A DNA stretch of 63,081 nt, the filler included, from Deltaproteobacteria bacterium (GTDB lineage: Bacteria > JAUYMQ01): NCBI GenBank assembly GCA_030698575.1. It is 9 parts of 9 records of this genome, joined end to end, with 100 filler letters (N's around TTAATTAATTAA, not from the genome) between each part and the next. Parts side by side here need not be neighbours in the genome. Positions count along the whole stretch, not along the records: positions 39,477 to 44,757 come from JAUYMQ010000103.1; positions 44,858 to 56,404 come from JAUYMQ010000109.1; 7 more parts are not named here. The stretch is one strand, 5' to 3'. The notes beneath the pieces were generated by a model. That model did no database searches and had not been told where the DNA came from. It saw only the letters and a program-made list of their open reading frames with translations. The translations under genes were made by a program, and so were the position numbers. Below are positions 39,477 to 49,872 of this stretch, in pieces (position 1 is the first letter of the stretch; each line of letters begins with the position of its first letter).

Positions 39477-40639
39477 AGGTCGATTCGATCCAGCAGAGGC
39501 CCGCTGATCCGCCCGCGATAGCGGCGTATCTCCTCGGCGCTGCAGCGGCACTCGCGACGGGGATCGCCCAGGTAGCCGCACGGACAGGGGTTCATCGCGG
39601 CGACCAGCATGAAGTTCGCGGGGTAGCGGATGGCCCGCAGCGCCCGCGAGATCGTCACGGCCCTTTCTTCGAGCGGTTGTCGAAGCACTTCGAGCGTCGA
39701 GCGGCGGAACTCGGGCAGCTCGTCGAGAAAGAGCACGCCGTGGTGCGCGAGCGTTACCTCCCCCGGGCGCGGCAGACCACTTCCGCCCACGAGCCCCGCA
39801 TCGCTCACGGTGTGATGCGGGCTGCGCCAGGGGCGGCTCCGCGCGAGCCCCGCCCCGTGGCCGAGCACACCCGCCACGCTCTGCACCTTCGTGACCTCCA
39901 GCGCCTCCTCGAAGACGAGCTTCGGCAGGATCGTTCCGAGCCGCCGCGCCAGCATCGTCTTGCCCGCGCCGGGCGGGCCGATCAACAACAGGTTATGACC
40001 GCCCGCCGCCGCCACCTCGAGCGCGCGCTTGGCGTGCTCCTGCCCGCGCACGTCGGCGAGATCAACCGGCGGATGGAGCGCCGGCTCGTCCGGCAGCTCG
40101 TGCCCCGGCGCCTCGCGCGCCAGATCGCGCTCGCCGTTCAGGAACTCGACGACCTCCTGCAGATGGCCGACGCCGTGCACCGCGATCTCCTTCACGATGG
40201 CCGCCTCGCGCGCGTTCTCGCGGGATAGCAGAACCCCGTCGAGCCCCGCCTTCCAGGCGGCGATGGCCGCCGGCAGCGCACCGGGCACTCCCTTCACCCG
40301 GGCCTCGAGCCCCAGCTCGCCGAGCAGCAGGTAGCGCGCCAGGCGGTCAGGCTTCACCGTACCGCCCGCGGCCAGGATGGCGGCGGCGATGGGGAGATCG
40401 AAGCCCGTTCCTTGCTTCCGGAGATCGGCGGGAGCGAGATTGATAGTGACGCGAGTGCCCGGAAAGGGATAACCGGCGTTCTTGATGGCGGCGCGCACCC
40501 GATCGCGGCTCTCTTTCACGGCGCCGCCCGCAAGCCCGACGATGGTGAGCTGCGGCAGGCCGCCGGCCACGTCGACCTCCACCTCGCCGATGGTCGCGTC
40601 CACTCCCAGAAGCGCAGCCGAGTATGCGCGCGCGATCAT
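39477..40639 (-). CDS. comM: ComM/YifB Mg-chelatase-like AAA ATPase, 3' truncated
   Basis: [26 protein letters not shown] and AMNPCPCG motifs. Confidence 0.93.
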
Positions 40640-40906
40640 GATGCAGCCTCCAACGCAGAAAACCCCGAGCATCGTTCCGACAGAACGTCGGGGAGCTCAG
40701 GGCTTCTCCGCTATTGGGCTATGGCCATCCTAGTGGAAGGCGCGAAAGGGTGTCAAGGTAAAGTGACGCCCCTTCGGCGGGGCAATCTGTTGCGCCTGAA
40801 ACAAGGCTCCAGTAGGATGCTCTCCGCCCGGCCGAGCCGCCCGATCCCGGCCGAAACGCCGCCGCCGCCCCCCTCGCGGCGAGAAAATCCCCCCGCGGAG
40901 AGAGCT

Positions 40907-42328
40907 TTGCGCACACACATCAGACTGGCAGGCCTGCTTTTCGTCGCGCTCGTGCCCCTGGCCATGGGGGAGGTCCAGTGCGACGAGACGCCTTTGCCTC
41001 CTCCTCCGGCCCCCGCAGCTTTTGACGGCAAGCGCGCCTTCAGCGATGCCGAGGCGCTGGTGGCCCTAGGCGAGCGTCCGGCCGGCTCCGAGGGCGCGAG
41101 GCTGGCGCAGAACCTGATCATCGAGCGGCTCGAGACGGTGGGGCTCGTGGTGCGGCAGGACACCTTCACGGCTGAGACCCCCGCCGGCGATCTCCCTATG
41201 AAGAACATCATCGGCGTGCTGCCCGGCGCGCGGCCCGGAGTCATCGTCATCGGGGCGCACTTCGACACCAAGCGCATTCCCGGCGCGACTTTTCTCGGCG
41301 CGAATGACGGCGCGGCGGGCACGGCCGCGGTCCTCGAACTGGCGCGCACGCTGAAGGCCCGGGGGAAGCCGCTCTATTCGTACTGGTTCGTCTTCTTTGA
41401 CGGCGAGGAGGCGGTCGGAGAGTGGAGCGAGGCGGACGGCATTTACGGAAGCCGGCACCTCGTCAGCACGCTGCGCGATCAGAATCTGCTCGATAACCTT
41501 CGCACCATGATCCTGCTCGATCTCATCGGCGACGTCGATCTCACCGTCATGAAGGAGAGCACTTCCTACGCGCGTTACCGCGACCTCTTCTGGCAGTCGG
41601 CGCTCGAGTTGGGCCACGGCGACGCCTTTGTCCCCGATTTTGTCACGGTAGCCGACGACCACCAGCCGTTCGCCGAGGCGGGCATTCGCTCGGTGAACCT
41701 CATCGATTTCATGTACGGAGACCGGAGTGTCCCGGGGAAGTACTGGCACACGCCCGAGGACACGCTCGACAAGATTTCGGCGCAGAGCCTCCAGATCGTG
41801 GGCGACGTGGTTCTGGCGACGCTTCCCAAGATCGAGCGCTTCATCGATGTGATCGAGTCCCGCACGGGCTTCGCCCCGTTGCCGGCCGAAATGCCCGACT
41901 ATCTCGGGGCGGGGCTTGCGGGGAGCGAAGGGGACGCCGTGGGCGCGGCGCTGCGCGCGGCGCCGCTGGAGGGTCACGACATCGGATTGGACGACGCGCC
42001 GGAAGCCGATGCGGAACCAAAGGAGACAGAACCGCCCCCTGCGGAGGAAAGCGCGGAGGCCACGGCGCCGGAAGGCGCGACAGATTCCGGAATCGTCGAC
42101 GCGCCGGCGGACGAAACGCCTGAACCGCCGGCGGTTTCGCCCGACGAACCGAAAGAAGAACCAAAAGAAGAACCGAAAGAGGAAGAGAAGAAGGATACGC
42201 CTGCCGCAGCGGAAGCCCCAGCGCCGCCCGCGAAAGACGAGGAAAAGGAGAGCGTCCCCACCCGCGCGCCGGAATGGGCGCCCGCGCTCCCGGAGGGCGG
42301 CACGTTGCCGCCTCCTCCGGTGGAGTAA
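40907..42328 (+). CDS. M28 peptidase (glutaminyl cyclase-like), secreted, with acidic Pro/Glu tail
   Basis: TTG start; signal-like N-terminus; AHFDT, GANDG, FDGEE, DDH and YWHT motifs. Confidence 0.85.
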   Translation: MRTHIRLAGLLFVALVPLAMGEVQCDETPLPPPPAPAAFDGKRAFSDAEALVALGERPAGSEGARLAQNLIIERLETVGLVVRQDTFTAETPAGDLPMKNIIGVLPGARPGVIVIGAHFDTKRIPGATFLGANDGAAGTAAVLELARTLKARGKPLYSYWFVFFDGEEAVGEWSEADGIYGSRHLVSTLRDQNLLDNLRTMILLDLIGDVDLTVMKESTSYARYRDLFWQSALELGHGDAFVPDFVTVADDHQPFAEAGIRSVNLIDFMYGDRSVPGKYWHTPEDTLDKISAQSLQIVGDVVLATLPKIERFIDVIESRTGFAPLPAEMPDYLGAGLAGSEGDAVGAALRAAPLEGHDIGLDDAPEADAEPKETEPPPAEESAEATAPEGATDSGIVDAPADETPEPPAVSPDEPKEEPKEEPKEEEKKDTPAAAEAPAPPAKDEEKESVPTRAPEWAPALPEGGTLPPPPVE

Positions 42329-42336
42329 GGATCGAC

Positions 42337-42915
42337 ATGGCCACTCGAAAGACGCCGTCAGGCCGGCGAAGGCCGGCGCCCCGCGCGCCGCTCTTGACCG
42401 CCAAGGGGCGCGGACGCCGCAAGCGCCCCGCGCGCCTCACGCACCTGGATGCCCGCGGGCAGGCGCGCATGGTCGACGTTGGCGGCAAGGACGTCACCGA
42501 GCGGGAGGCTCTCGCGTCGGCGCGCGTCGTGCTAAAACCAGCGACTCTCAAGCTAATCCAGGACGGAAAGATGGAAAAGGGCGACGTGTTCGCGGCCGCC
42601 CGCCTCGCCGGTATCCTCGGCGTCAAGGCCACGCCGCGCCTCATTCCCCTCTGTCATCCCCTCCCCATCACCAGCGTTACGGTCGAGTTCAAGACCCGCC
42701 GGCGCCCCGCGTCCATTGAAGTCCTCTGCCGCGTGAAAACACGGGCGCGCACGGGCGTCGAGATGGAGGCGCTCACCGGCGCCGTCGTCGCGGCGCTCAC
42801 CCTTTACGACATGTGCAAGGCCGTGGATCGGGGGATGAGCGTCCAGGCGGTGCGCCTCGAGCGGAAGTCGGGGGGCCGGAGCGGCCTGTTCGTACGCGGC
42901 GGCCCCGGCGCCTGA
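42337..42915 (+). CDS. moaC: Cyclic pyranopterin monophosphate synthase
   Basis: LTHLD...ARMVDV, LIPLCH, TGVEMEAL and YDMCKAVD motifs. Confidence 0.95.
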   Translation: MATRKTPSGRRRPAPRAPLLTAKGRGRRKRPARLTHLDARGQARMVDVGGKDVTEREALASARVVLKPATLKLIQDGKMEKGDVFAAARLAGILGVKATPRLIPLCHPLPITSVTVEFKTRRRPASIEVLCRVKTRARTGVEMEALTGAVVAALTLYDMCKAVDRGMSVQAVRLERKSGGRSGLFVRGGPGA

Positions 42916-42949
42916 CCCGCGCCCCTGCGCCGCTCCCCGGCGGAGGGCT

Positions 42950-42976
42950 GGAACAAATCGGATCCCGGTGTGTCTA
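42950..42976 (+). promoter_or_regulatory. ECF sigma promoter, probably autoregulatory
   Basis: GGAAC(42950-42954)-17 nt-GTCTA(42972-42976). Confidence 0.65.
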
Positions 42977-43029
42977 GAACCGAGGAAGAGAAGATCGCGC
43001 CCACCGTAGCTTCGCGAGAGACCGCGCCG

Positions 43030-43578
43030 GTGGTGGTGGATCAGGACGGCCCGCTGGTGCGGCTCGCTTGCGGTGGGGATCGGGAGGCCTTCCGGCGCCT
43101 GGTCGAGCGGCACTACCGCCGCGTCTACCACATCGCCCGCCGGATGCTCGGCGATCCCCAGGCAGCCGAGGACATCGTCCAGGAAACCTTCCTTGCCGCC
43201 TTCAAGCACCTTCCCGGCTTCGAGGCGCGCGCGCGCTTCTCGACCTGGATCACCACGATCGCCATGAACCGCTGCAGGAACCATCTCCGCTCGGCCGCCG
43301 TCTCGCGCAGCGCCCCCCTGAGCGCCGATCCGCCGGCGCCTGCGTCGGCGAGCCCCGAGGCGCAGGCCGGCGCGCGGGAGCTAGCCGTTCATCTGGAGCG
43401 GGCGCTCGCGTCGCTCTCGCCGGACCAACGGGAGGTCATCCTGCTGCGTGACGTTGAGGGGCTTGCCTACGACGCGATAGCCGAAGCGCTCGACATCGAA
43501 GCCGGAACGGTAAAGTCGCGGCTTCATCGGGCGCGGGAGGCGATGCGCGTTCTGCTCGAAGGGGTGTGGTCACCATGA
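43030..43578 (+). CDS. ECF RNA polymerase sigma factor
   Basis: AEDIVQETF, FSTWI and GTVKSRLHRAR motifs; start probably the GTG run at 43030-43036. Confidence 0.92.
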   Translation: MVVDQDGPLVRLACGGDREAFRRLVERHYRRVYHIARRMLGDPQAAEDIVQETFLAAFKHLPGFEARARFSTWITTIAMNRCRNHLRSAAVSRSAPLSADPPAPASASPEAQAGARELAVHLERALASLSPDQREVILLRDVEGLAYDAIAEALDIEAGTVKSRLHRAREAMRVLLEGVWSP

Positions 43579-44597
43579 GCAGCAGTGAAAAAATCTGCGC
43601 CCGCGTGCGAGCGAGTTTCTCGGAGTTCCTCGAGGAGGATCTCGCCGCCGAGGAGCGGCGCGAGGTGGAGGCGCACCTGGCGGAGTGCGCCGGCTGCGCG
43701 GAATCCTTCGCGCGCTTTCGCGAGGCGATCGCCGTGCTGGGGCAGCTCTCCCGCCCGGAGCCACCCGCCGATCTACCCGATCGAATCGATCGCGCGCTCG
43801 ACCGGCTGGAGCCCGTCTCCCTGCCACGCGCGCGCCCGGCCGGCCGGCGCCGGCTTGTGCAGCATGCAGTGGCGGCGATGCTCGTGGGCGGGATCATCGT
43901 CGGCATCATCCGGGTCGTGCCGGAGGTGGGCGGACCGCTGCCAGCGCGACAGGCCGCTTCTCCGGAAAGTCGTGAGGCGCTCCCGGCGGCCAAAGACGAG
44001 TTTGCAGCGATGGATCGCGCGATCGGACCGGCTGCGGGGGCGCTGATGGGCGAAACCGCGCCCGCTCCGGCCCCAACCGCAAGGAGTGAAAGCGCCCCCG
44101 CGATCGAGGAGAAAGCCGCGAAAGCCGCTCCGGCCTATCGCGAGAACGCGGAGGTTGCGCGCGCCCGTGACGACGACAAGCGCGTCGCCGCATCGACGGT
44201 CACGCCCCACGCCGCGCGCGAGATGTTGAAGCAGGCTGCGCCTGCGGCGCCGGCGGCGAAGAAGCCCGACGTCGAGGAACCCTCTTACTACGCGCCCCGT
44301 GACGGTGAGCCGGGCGGCGCCAGGTACGCGCGCGGACTGCTTCTGGCCGCGCGGAACCACGCTTCCTGGATCACCGCAGTCCGCGATCTCGCGCTGTCCC
44401 ATCCGGGGGATCTGGCCTCGGCCTGGGCCGGACTCGATGCCGAGACGCGCAAGGGGATCCTCGCGGTCTGGAGCCGGGCGGCGCCGGTGCCGAATCTGGC
44501 GGCGGATCTTGCCCGCGCGGGGAAGGAGGCAGGCTCGCCCGCGGAGCAGGCGGTCATTCAGATCTTCGCCGACGCAATTCACCCACCCGCCCCCTGA
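43575..44597 (+). CDS. Zinc-binding anti-sigma factor (zf-HC2)
   Basis: HLAECAGC motif followed by a TM helix; ATGA-coupled to the sigma gene. Confidence 0.85.
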   Translation: MSSSEKICARVRASFSEFLEEDLAAEERREVEAHLAECAGCAESFARFREAIAVLGQLSRPEPPADLPDRIDRALDRLEPVSLPRARPAGRRRLVQHAVAAMLVGGIIVGIIRVVPEVGGPLPARQAASPESREALPAAKDEFAAMDRAIGPAAGALMGETAPAPAPTARSESAPAIEEKAAKAAPAYRENAEVARARDDDKRVAASTVTPHAAREMLKQAAPAAPAAKKPDVEEPSYYAPRDGEPGGARYARGLLLAARNHASWITAVRDLALSHPGDLASAWAGLDAETRKGILAVWSRAAPVPNLAADLARAGKEAGSPAEQAVIQIFADAIHPPAP

Positions 44598-44643
44598 CAA
44601 GACGCGGGTTCGATTGCCGGCGCGAAGGCGAACGCCGGAAAGA

Positions 44644-44671
44644 AGAAGGCCGGGCAGGTGCCCGGCCTTCT
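44644..44671. terminator. Terminator-like hairpin
   Basis: AGAAGGCCGGGC-AGGT-GCCCGGCCTTCT. Confidence 0.6.
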
Positions 44672-44890
44672 CATGCTGGCGATGTGGCGCCGACTATTCC
44701 TGGAAGAGGGTTTCCGGATCGAGCACCGGCTTGTAGTAGCGGGGGGAGGGGACGGCGNNNNNNNNNNNNNNNNNNNNNNNNNNNNNNNNNNNNNNNNNNN
44801 NTTAATTAATTAANNNNNNNNNNNNNNNNNNNNNNNNNNNNNNNNNNNNNNNNNNNNCCGGTAGAGCTTGTCCTGCGCCACGAGCCCCCC

Positions 44891-46168
44891 TCAGTCGGTT
44901 GTTGCCGTTTCCGGAATCGCGCCGGGCGGTTTCGCCACGGAGGCGGCGCCGGCGAGGCCCAGCATCGCGCGCCAGGCCGCCGCCAGGTGTCGCCGGCGGA
45001 TTCCCGCTGGCAATCGGTGGCCCCGGAGCCCGTACCGGGCCCGCAGCCAGGCTTCGGATGGATGGATCATCTCGGCGATGCGGCCGAGTGCGGCGAGCGT
45101 ATCACGGGCTTGGATCAGCTTCAATAAATAGCGGCGGCTCGGCGGCAGCGCGTGCTCCCCGCGGATCGCCGAGGCGCCGAACATCTCGGTCCACCGGAGG
45201 ATCGCGGAGACGGCGCGCGCTCGGACGGGTCCGGGGCGCAGGGCTCGCTCAATCTGCCGGGGCGGGTGAACACCGCATAGCGCAGCCGTGCCCGCCAGCG
45301 CGGCATGAAGCGCGCCACGCGCGCCGAAGGCGTCGGCCTGGCGCACCACCCGCTGCCAGTCGAGCTCGTGCTTGTTCATCAGCAGGGCAAGATCGACGAA
45401 CCAGACGGCCCTCGAATAAGCATGCCGCTGCAGGTGAAGGGCTGAAAAGAGGAAAGCGTCCTCGGGCGCCAGCACCCGCGCGGCAATCGAGGTGTCACTG
45501 CAGGGCCGGGTGCGCGTCCAGAGCGCGTCCGGTTCCACCGCCGGCCCGGCGACAAGCGACGTTTTGGGGAGGAGCCGCCAGTGAAGCTCGACATACATCC
45601 GGGTTCCATCCGGGAGCCGCCGCGCCAGCTCGATCTCGTGATTGGTCTCGAGCAGCGCATCGGCCAGGCCGGGCCGGAGGCCGCGGTAGCCCAGTGCCTC
45701 CAGAGCCTGCCGGGCCCGGGCCACATCGTCGAACGGGATCAGCAGATCGAGATCGGCCATCGGGCGGAGCGCCGGATGAGGGTAGAGATCATCAAGGAAC
45801 GCCGCTCCCTTGAGGAGGATTGGCACGATTCTCCGGGCCGCGAGCACGCCGGTAATCCGCGAGAGCTCGGCCAGGTGCAGGACATTCTGCCGCAGCGTTG
45901 CGGAATGGGCGGCGGCGAAGGGGGATGCCCGACGCGCAAGAACCCCGGAAAGATTCCATCGTTCCAGGCTTGCCCACAGGAGCGGCGCGACGCCCTGGGC
46001 GTGCGCGCGGGGGAAGGCGGATCGCCATCGCTCTTCCTCATTGTTGGGCGAATCGGCGCAATCACCGCTGCCGAGCAGCAGGTCCTCGAGCGGCGGAGGG
46101 CACTCCGGGGAGAGCGCGGCAGGCAGCCAGGCGGACAGGAGCGCCTGCGCCGGGTCGGTCGCCTTCAT
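44891..46168 (-). CDS. Uncharacterised nucleotidyltransferase family protein (NTP_transf_5-like)
   Basis: ILLKG...RPMADLDLLI and VELHW motifs. Confidence 0.85.
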   Translation of the reverse strand: MKATDPAQALLSAWLPAALSPECPPPLEDLLLGSGDCADSPNNEEERWRSAFPRAHAQGVAPLLWASLERWNLSGVLARRASPFAAAHSATLRQNVLHLAELSRITGVLAARRIVPILLKGAAFLDDLYPHPALRPMADLDLLIPFDDVARARQALEALGYRGLRPGLADALLETNHEIELARRLPDGTRMYVELHWRLLPKTSLVAGPAVEPDALWTRTRPCSDTSIAARVLAPEDAFLFSALHLQRHAYSRAVWFVDLALLMNKHELDWQRVVRQADAFGARGALHAALAGTAALCGVHPPRQIERALRPGPVRARAVSAILRWTEMFGASAIRGEHALPPSRRYLLKLIQARDTLAALGRIAEMIHPSEAWLRARYGLRGHRLPAGIRRRHLAAAWRAMLGLAGAASVAKPPGAIPETATTD

Positions 46169-47430
46169 GGCGTTCTCAGCCGGTGCGGAAGTTTTGATTC
46201 GATGATGCGGCGGGGCGTTCCCGGGCGGCCGAACAGCTCGGGAATCCCCACGGGGGGGGACCGTTCATCCTCCTCCTCCACCAGAGGACGGTCGGCGCCG
46301 GAGGTGCCCGCGTCCTCGGTGTGAAAGGCGTCCAGCAGCACGAGGTCCTCGTGGCCCGGAACTCCCCCTTCCTCCGCCAACAGGCGAATCCTGGCGTAGA
46401 CGAGCGCCAGCCGGCCTTCGACGTAGCGAAGCGCCTTGAAGAGCAATCCGCCGGCAACGCACGCGACGGCGAGAAGAAGCAAACCCTTCTGCGGCGTGAG
46501 TTCGCGGAGACAGAGCGCCGTGAGGCCGAGGAAGATCGAGACCCAGTAGAGAACCGCGACTGCCTGCCGCTGGCTCAGGCCGATCTTGAGGAGTCGATGG
46601 TGCAGATGCTCACGGTCAGCCTTGAAGAGATGCGTCCGCCGCGAGCTTCGGCGGAGGATCGCGAGGCACGTGTCGATGACCGGCAACCCGATGGCGATGA
46701 GCGGAACCAACAGCGTGAGCGCCGTTGCGCCCTTGAGGAACCCCTGCATGCCGATCACGGCGATCACGAAACCCAGCGGCAGGCTTCCAGTATCTCCGAG
46801 GAAGATTCGCGCGGGAGGAAAGTTGTAGCGCAAGAAACCGAGGCAGCTTCCCGCCAGGGCAATCGCCGCGACGGGCACAAAGCTCACCGGATCGGGAATC
46901 GCCACGGCGAACAGTGTCAGTGACACGATGGCGCCGATGCCGGCGGCAAGTCCGTCGAGACCGTCAACGAGATTGAGGGCGTTCGTCACTCCGACGATCC
47001 AGAGGATCGAGATCGGCACGGAAAATGCTCCCAGATCCCAGTGTCCCCCGAAAGGGTTTGTGAGAATTCCGATGCGGCTGCCCGATGCGACGACGAGCGT
47101 CGCGGCGAGCGTCTGGACCGAGAGCTTCAGCTTGGCGTCCGCTCCGAAGCGGTCGTCATAAATGCCGAGCAGGAGCATTATTCCCGCACCCGCGATCAAA
47201 CCAAGGAATGGGGAATCGAATTCACGCGGCCCTGCGTAGGTGAATGCAATGGCGCAGCCGGCGGCGAACCCGGCCGCCACGGCCAGTCCGCCAAGCAGCG
47301 GCATCGATGACGCATGGATCTTTCGCTCCCCCGGGCGATCCACGACCCCCAGCCGCATAGCTGCACGCCGCACGAACGGTGTCAGAAGCCAGGTCGTCGC
47401 CGCGGCGGCGATGAATATGATCAGGTACAT
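46165..47430 (-). CDS. WecA/MraY-family undecaprenyl-phosphate GlcNAc-1-P transferase
   Basis: GIYDD, NLVDGLDGLA, IFLGDTGS and HLHHRLL motifs. Confidence 0.92.
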   Translation of the reverse strand: MYLIIFIAAAATTWLLTPFVRRAAMRLGVVDRPGERKIHASSMPLLGGLAVAAGFAAGCAIAFTYAGPREFDSPFLGLIAGAGIMLLLGIYDDRFGADAKLKLSVQTLAATLVVASGSRIGILTNPFGGHWDLGAFSVPISILWIVGVTNALNLVDGLDGLAAGIGAIVSLTLFAVAIPDPVSFVPVAAIALAGSCLGFLRYNFPPARIFLGDTGSLPLGFVIAVIGMQGFLKGATALTLLVPLIAIGLPVIDTCLAILRRSSRRTHLFKADREHLHHRLLKIGLSQRQAVAVLYWVSIFLGLTALCLRELTPQKGLLLLAVACVAGGLLFKALRYVEGRLALVYARIRLLAEEGGVPGHEDLVLLDAFHTEDAGTSGADRPLVEEEDERSPPVGIPELFGRPGTPRRIIESKLPHRLRTP

Positions 47431-48644
47431 GATCTCTGTCCCAGGAGAATTCCCTCATGCGGCACCGCGGGCTCGCGCAGGCCGTAGCCCGCAAGCGCCG
47501 CGCGATACACGGATGCGATCTCCGCGGCCATCGTCCCTTCGTCGAACCGTTCGCCGACACTCGCACGCGCTTCCCGCGACATACGCCGACGCAGAGCGCC
47601 GTCGCCAGCGAGCTGCCCGAGCCGCCCGGCGAGCGCCGAGGCGTTTCCGGGGGGCACCAGGTAGCCGTTGCGCCCCTCTCGCACCAGTTCCGGGATGCCT
47701 CCGACGCGCGAGGCGATCACGGGCACTCCCGCCGCCATGGCCTCGACCACCACCCGGCCCATGCCCTCGTAAGCCGAGCAGAGGGTTGCAGCGTCGAGTT
47801 GCGCCGTGAGCGCAGGGACGTCGTTTCGGTGCCCGAGAAAAAGTGTCCGGTCCGCCAGGCCCAGGCGGCGAGCCGTCGATTCGATCGATGTCCGGAGCGG
47901 GCCATCCCCGATCAGGACGAGCTGGCTCTCGGGATGAACTCTCCGGAGACGGTCAAAAGCTTCGAGAAGCGTCTCATGCCCCTTCCCTTCCCAGAGCTTC
48001 GAGACCTGACCCAGGAGGAAGCTCCCCTTCGTCGCTCCGAGTGCAGCCCGCAGACTGTCCTCGCGACGCGCCGAGAGGAAGGCCTGCCGATCGATTCCGC
48101 TGTGTATCACCCGGCGGCGCAAGCGTCGGGGGAGCCCGGCCTCCCGCGCGGAAGCTTCGAGCGCCTCACTTACGAGGATCGTTCGGTGGGCCAACGGCGC
48201 CGCCCGGCGCTCGATGAAACGGTAGAGCAAACGCGCTGTCGGCGAGGGTGACTGCTCGAAGGCCCAGCCGTGAACCGTGTGCACGATGGCCGGCGCGCCC
48301 GCGATGCACGCAGCCAGCCGCCCGAGCAATCCTGCCTTGGAATTGTGCGTGTGAACCACCTCGAAACCGCCCCGACGGATCGCTGCCACGATCTCTCCGA
48401 GAGCAAGAGCGTCCTTCCGGGCGGAGAGGGCCCGCGTCAGGTGTGGGATGGTATGGACGGCGATGCCGAGGTCTCGCGCATGATCCGCGAGTGAAGGCCC
48501 CGCGCCGGCGTCCGGATCGGTGGGAGCGCAGGCAAGCGCCGACTCGAATCCGTGTGCGCGGAGAAGACGGATCGTCGCCAGGGTGTTCAGCCCGGATCCG
48601 CTCACCACGGGAAGCGTATGAATGTGCAGAACGCGCTGGCGCAA
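47421..48644 (-). CDS. GT4 glycosyltransferase
   Basis: HTHNSKAG and EGMGRVVVEAMAAG motifs. Confidence 0.9.
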   Translation of the reverse strand: MRQRVLHIHTLPVVSGSGLNTLATIRLLRAHGFESALACAPTDPDAGAGPSLADHARDLGIAVHTIPHLTRALSARKDALALGEIVAAIRRGGFEVVHTHNSKAGLLGRLAACIAGAPAIVHTVHGWAFEQSPSPTARLLYRFIERRAAPLAHRTILVSEALEASAREAGLPRRLRRRVIHSGIDRQAFLSARREDSLRAALGATKGSFLLGQVSKLWEGKGHETLLEAFDRLRRVHPESQLVLIGDGPLRTSIESTARRLGLADRTLFLGHRNDVPALTAQLDAATLCSAYEGMGRVVVEAMAAGVPVIASRVGGIPELVREGRNGYLVPPGNASALAGRLGQLAGDGALRRRMSREARASVGERFDEGTMAAEIASVYRAALAGYGLREPAVPHEGILLGQRSCT

Positions 48645-48681
48645 GGATCCCCCCGAGGTCCCCCGATGGCCTGCGAACGGT

Positions 48682-49863
48682 TCAGATGGCGGATATCAGC
48701 GATTGGTCGGCGGCGGCGAGGCGGGCGTATCCGGCCAGGATCTTCCGGCAGACCTCTCGCTCGTCGTGGGCGAGAGCCGCCGCGCGTGCCCGACGACCCA
48801 TTTCCCCTGCGAGATCAGGCGCTTCGATCAGGGTAAGGATCTTATCGGCAAGACTTGCAGGATCCTTGACCGGCACCAGGAAGCCGGTCTGGCCGTTCCG
48901 GACGACCTCCCGGCAACCACGGATGTCCGTTGCGACGACCGGGCGGGCCATGGCCGCCGCTTCGATCAGGCTCCGGGGAAATCCCTCGCGGTGGGAGGGA
49001 AGCGCCACGACGTCGATGGCGGCGTACAGGGACGGCAGATCGCGCCGCAGGCCCAGCACCCTGAGCTTGCCCCGGAGGGCCGGCACCCGGGCGGCCTCCT
49101 CCATGACGGATTCGCGAGTAAGGGCGTCGCGCTTCTGCCAGCGTTCGTCCGGTCCGATCAGCAGGAAGTGCGCGTCGGGGCGTTTCAGGGCAATGCGGGC
49201 GGCAGCCTCGATGAACTCCGGGTAGCCCTTCTCCCTCACCATGCGGCCGACCATGCCGACCACAGGCGCGCCCGGCGGGATGCCGAGGCGATCCTTCACG
49301 CGAAGAACGTCCCCGGGCCCGAAGCGCGCGGGGTCGAAGCGCGTGAGATCGATCCCGTTCCCGAGGTGCTCGAGCTTGTGGGGCGCGCAGAGGCCCTCGC
49401 GAAGCGCCGTCTCGTAATCCTCCCGGCTCTGGGTGAAAACGAGGTCAGCGGCAGCGGCAGAGAGCCTTTCCAGGCTCTTGTAGAACGCGCGCTGCGGCCC
49501 CGGCATATCCGCGTGGAAGTAGTAGCCGTGCACCGTGGCCACGATGCGGCGAACACCGGCGATGCGCGCCGCGAGCGGCCCCAGGAGATTCAATTTGGGG
49601 TTATGCGTGTGCACGAGATCAGCGCCGATCTCGCGGAAATGCCGCGCGAGGCGCGAGAGGGTGCCGAGATCGGCCAGGGGGTTCATCTCGCGGCTCGATC
49701 GGAGAACCGTGACCGGCAGTCCTTCGGCTTCGATCTCGGGAACGAGCGGGCCGGGACCGGTGACCAGGCGCACGTCGTGCCCTGCGTCCTTGAGGGCGCG
49801 GAGCTGATCGAGCATGAGAAAACGCCCGAAGAAGTCCGTGTTGACAACGTGCACGATGCGCAT
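48682..49863 (-). CDS. GT4 glycosyltransferase
   Basis: LPSHREGFPRSLIEA motif. Confidence 0.9.
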   Translation of the reverse strand: MRIVHVVNTDFFGRFLMLDQLRALKDAGHDVRLVTGPGPLVPEIEAEGLPVTVLRSSREMNPLADLGTLSRLARHFREIGADLVHTHNPKLNLLGPLAARIAGVRRIVATVHGYYFHADMPGPQRAFYKSLERLSAAAADLVFTQSREDYETALREGLCAPHKLEHLGNGIDLTRFDPARFGPGDVLRVKDRLGIPPGAPVVGMVGRMVREKGYPEFIEAAARIALKRPDAHFLLIGPDERWQKRDALTRESVMEEAARVPALRGKLRVLGLRRDLPSLYAAIDVVALPSHREGFPRSLIEAAAMARPVVATDIRGCREVVRNGQTGFLVPVKDPASLADKILTLIEAPDLAGEMGRRARAAALAHDEREVCRKILAGYARLAAADQSLISAI

Positions 49864-49872
49864 GATTGGTCC

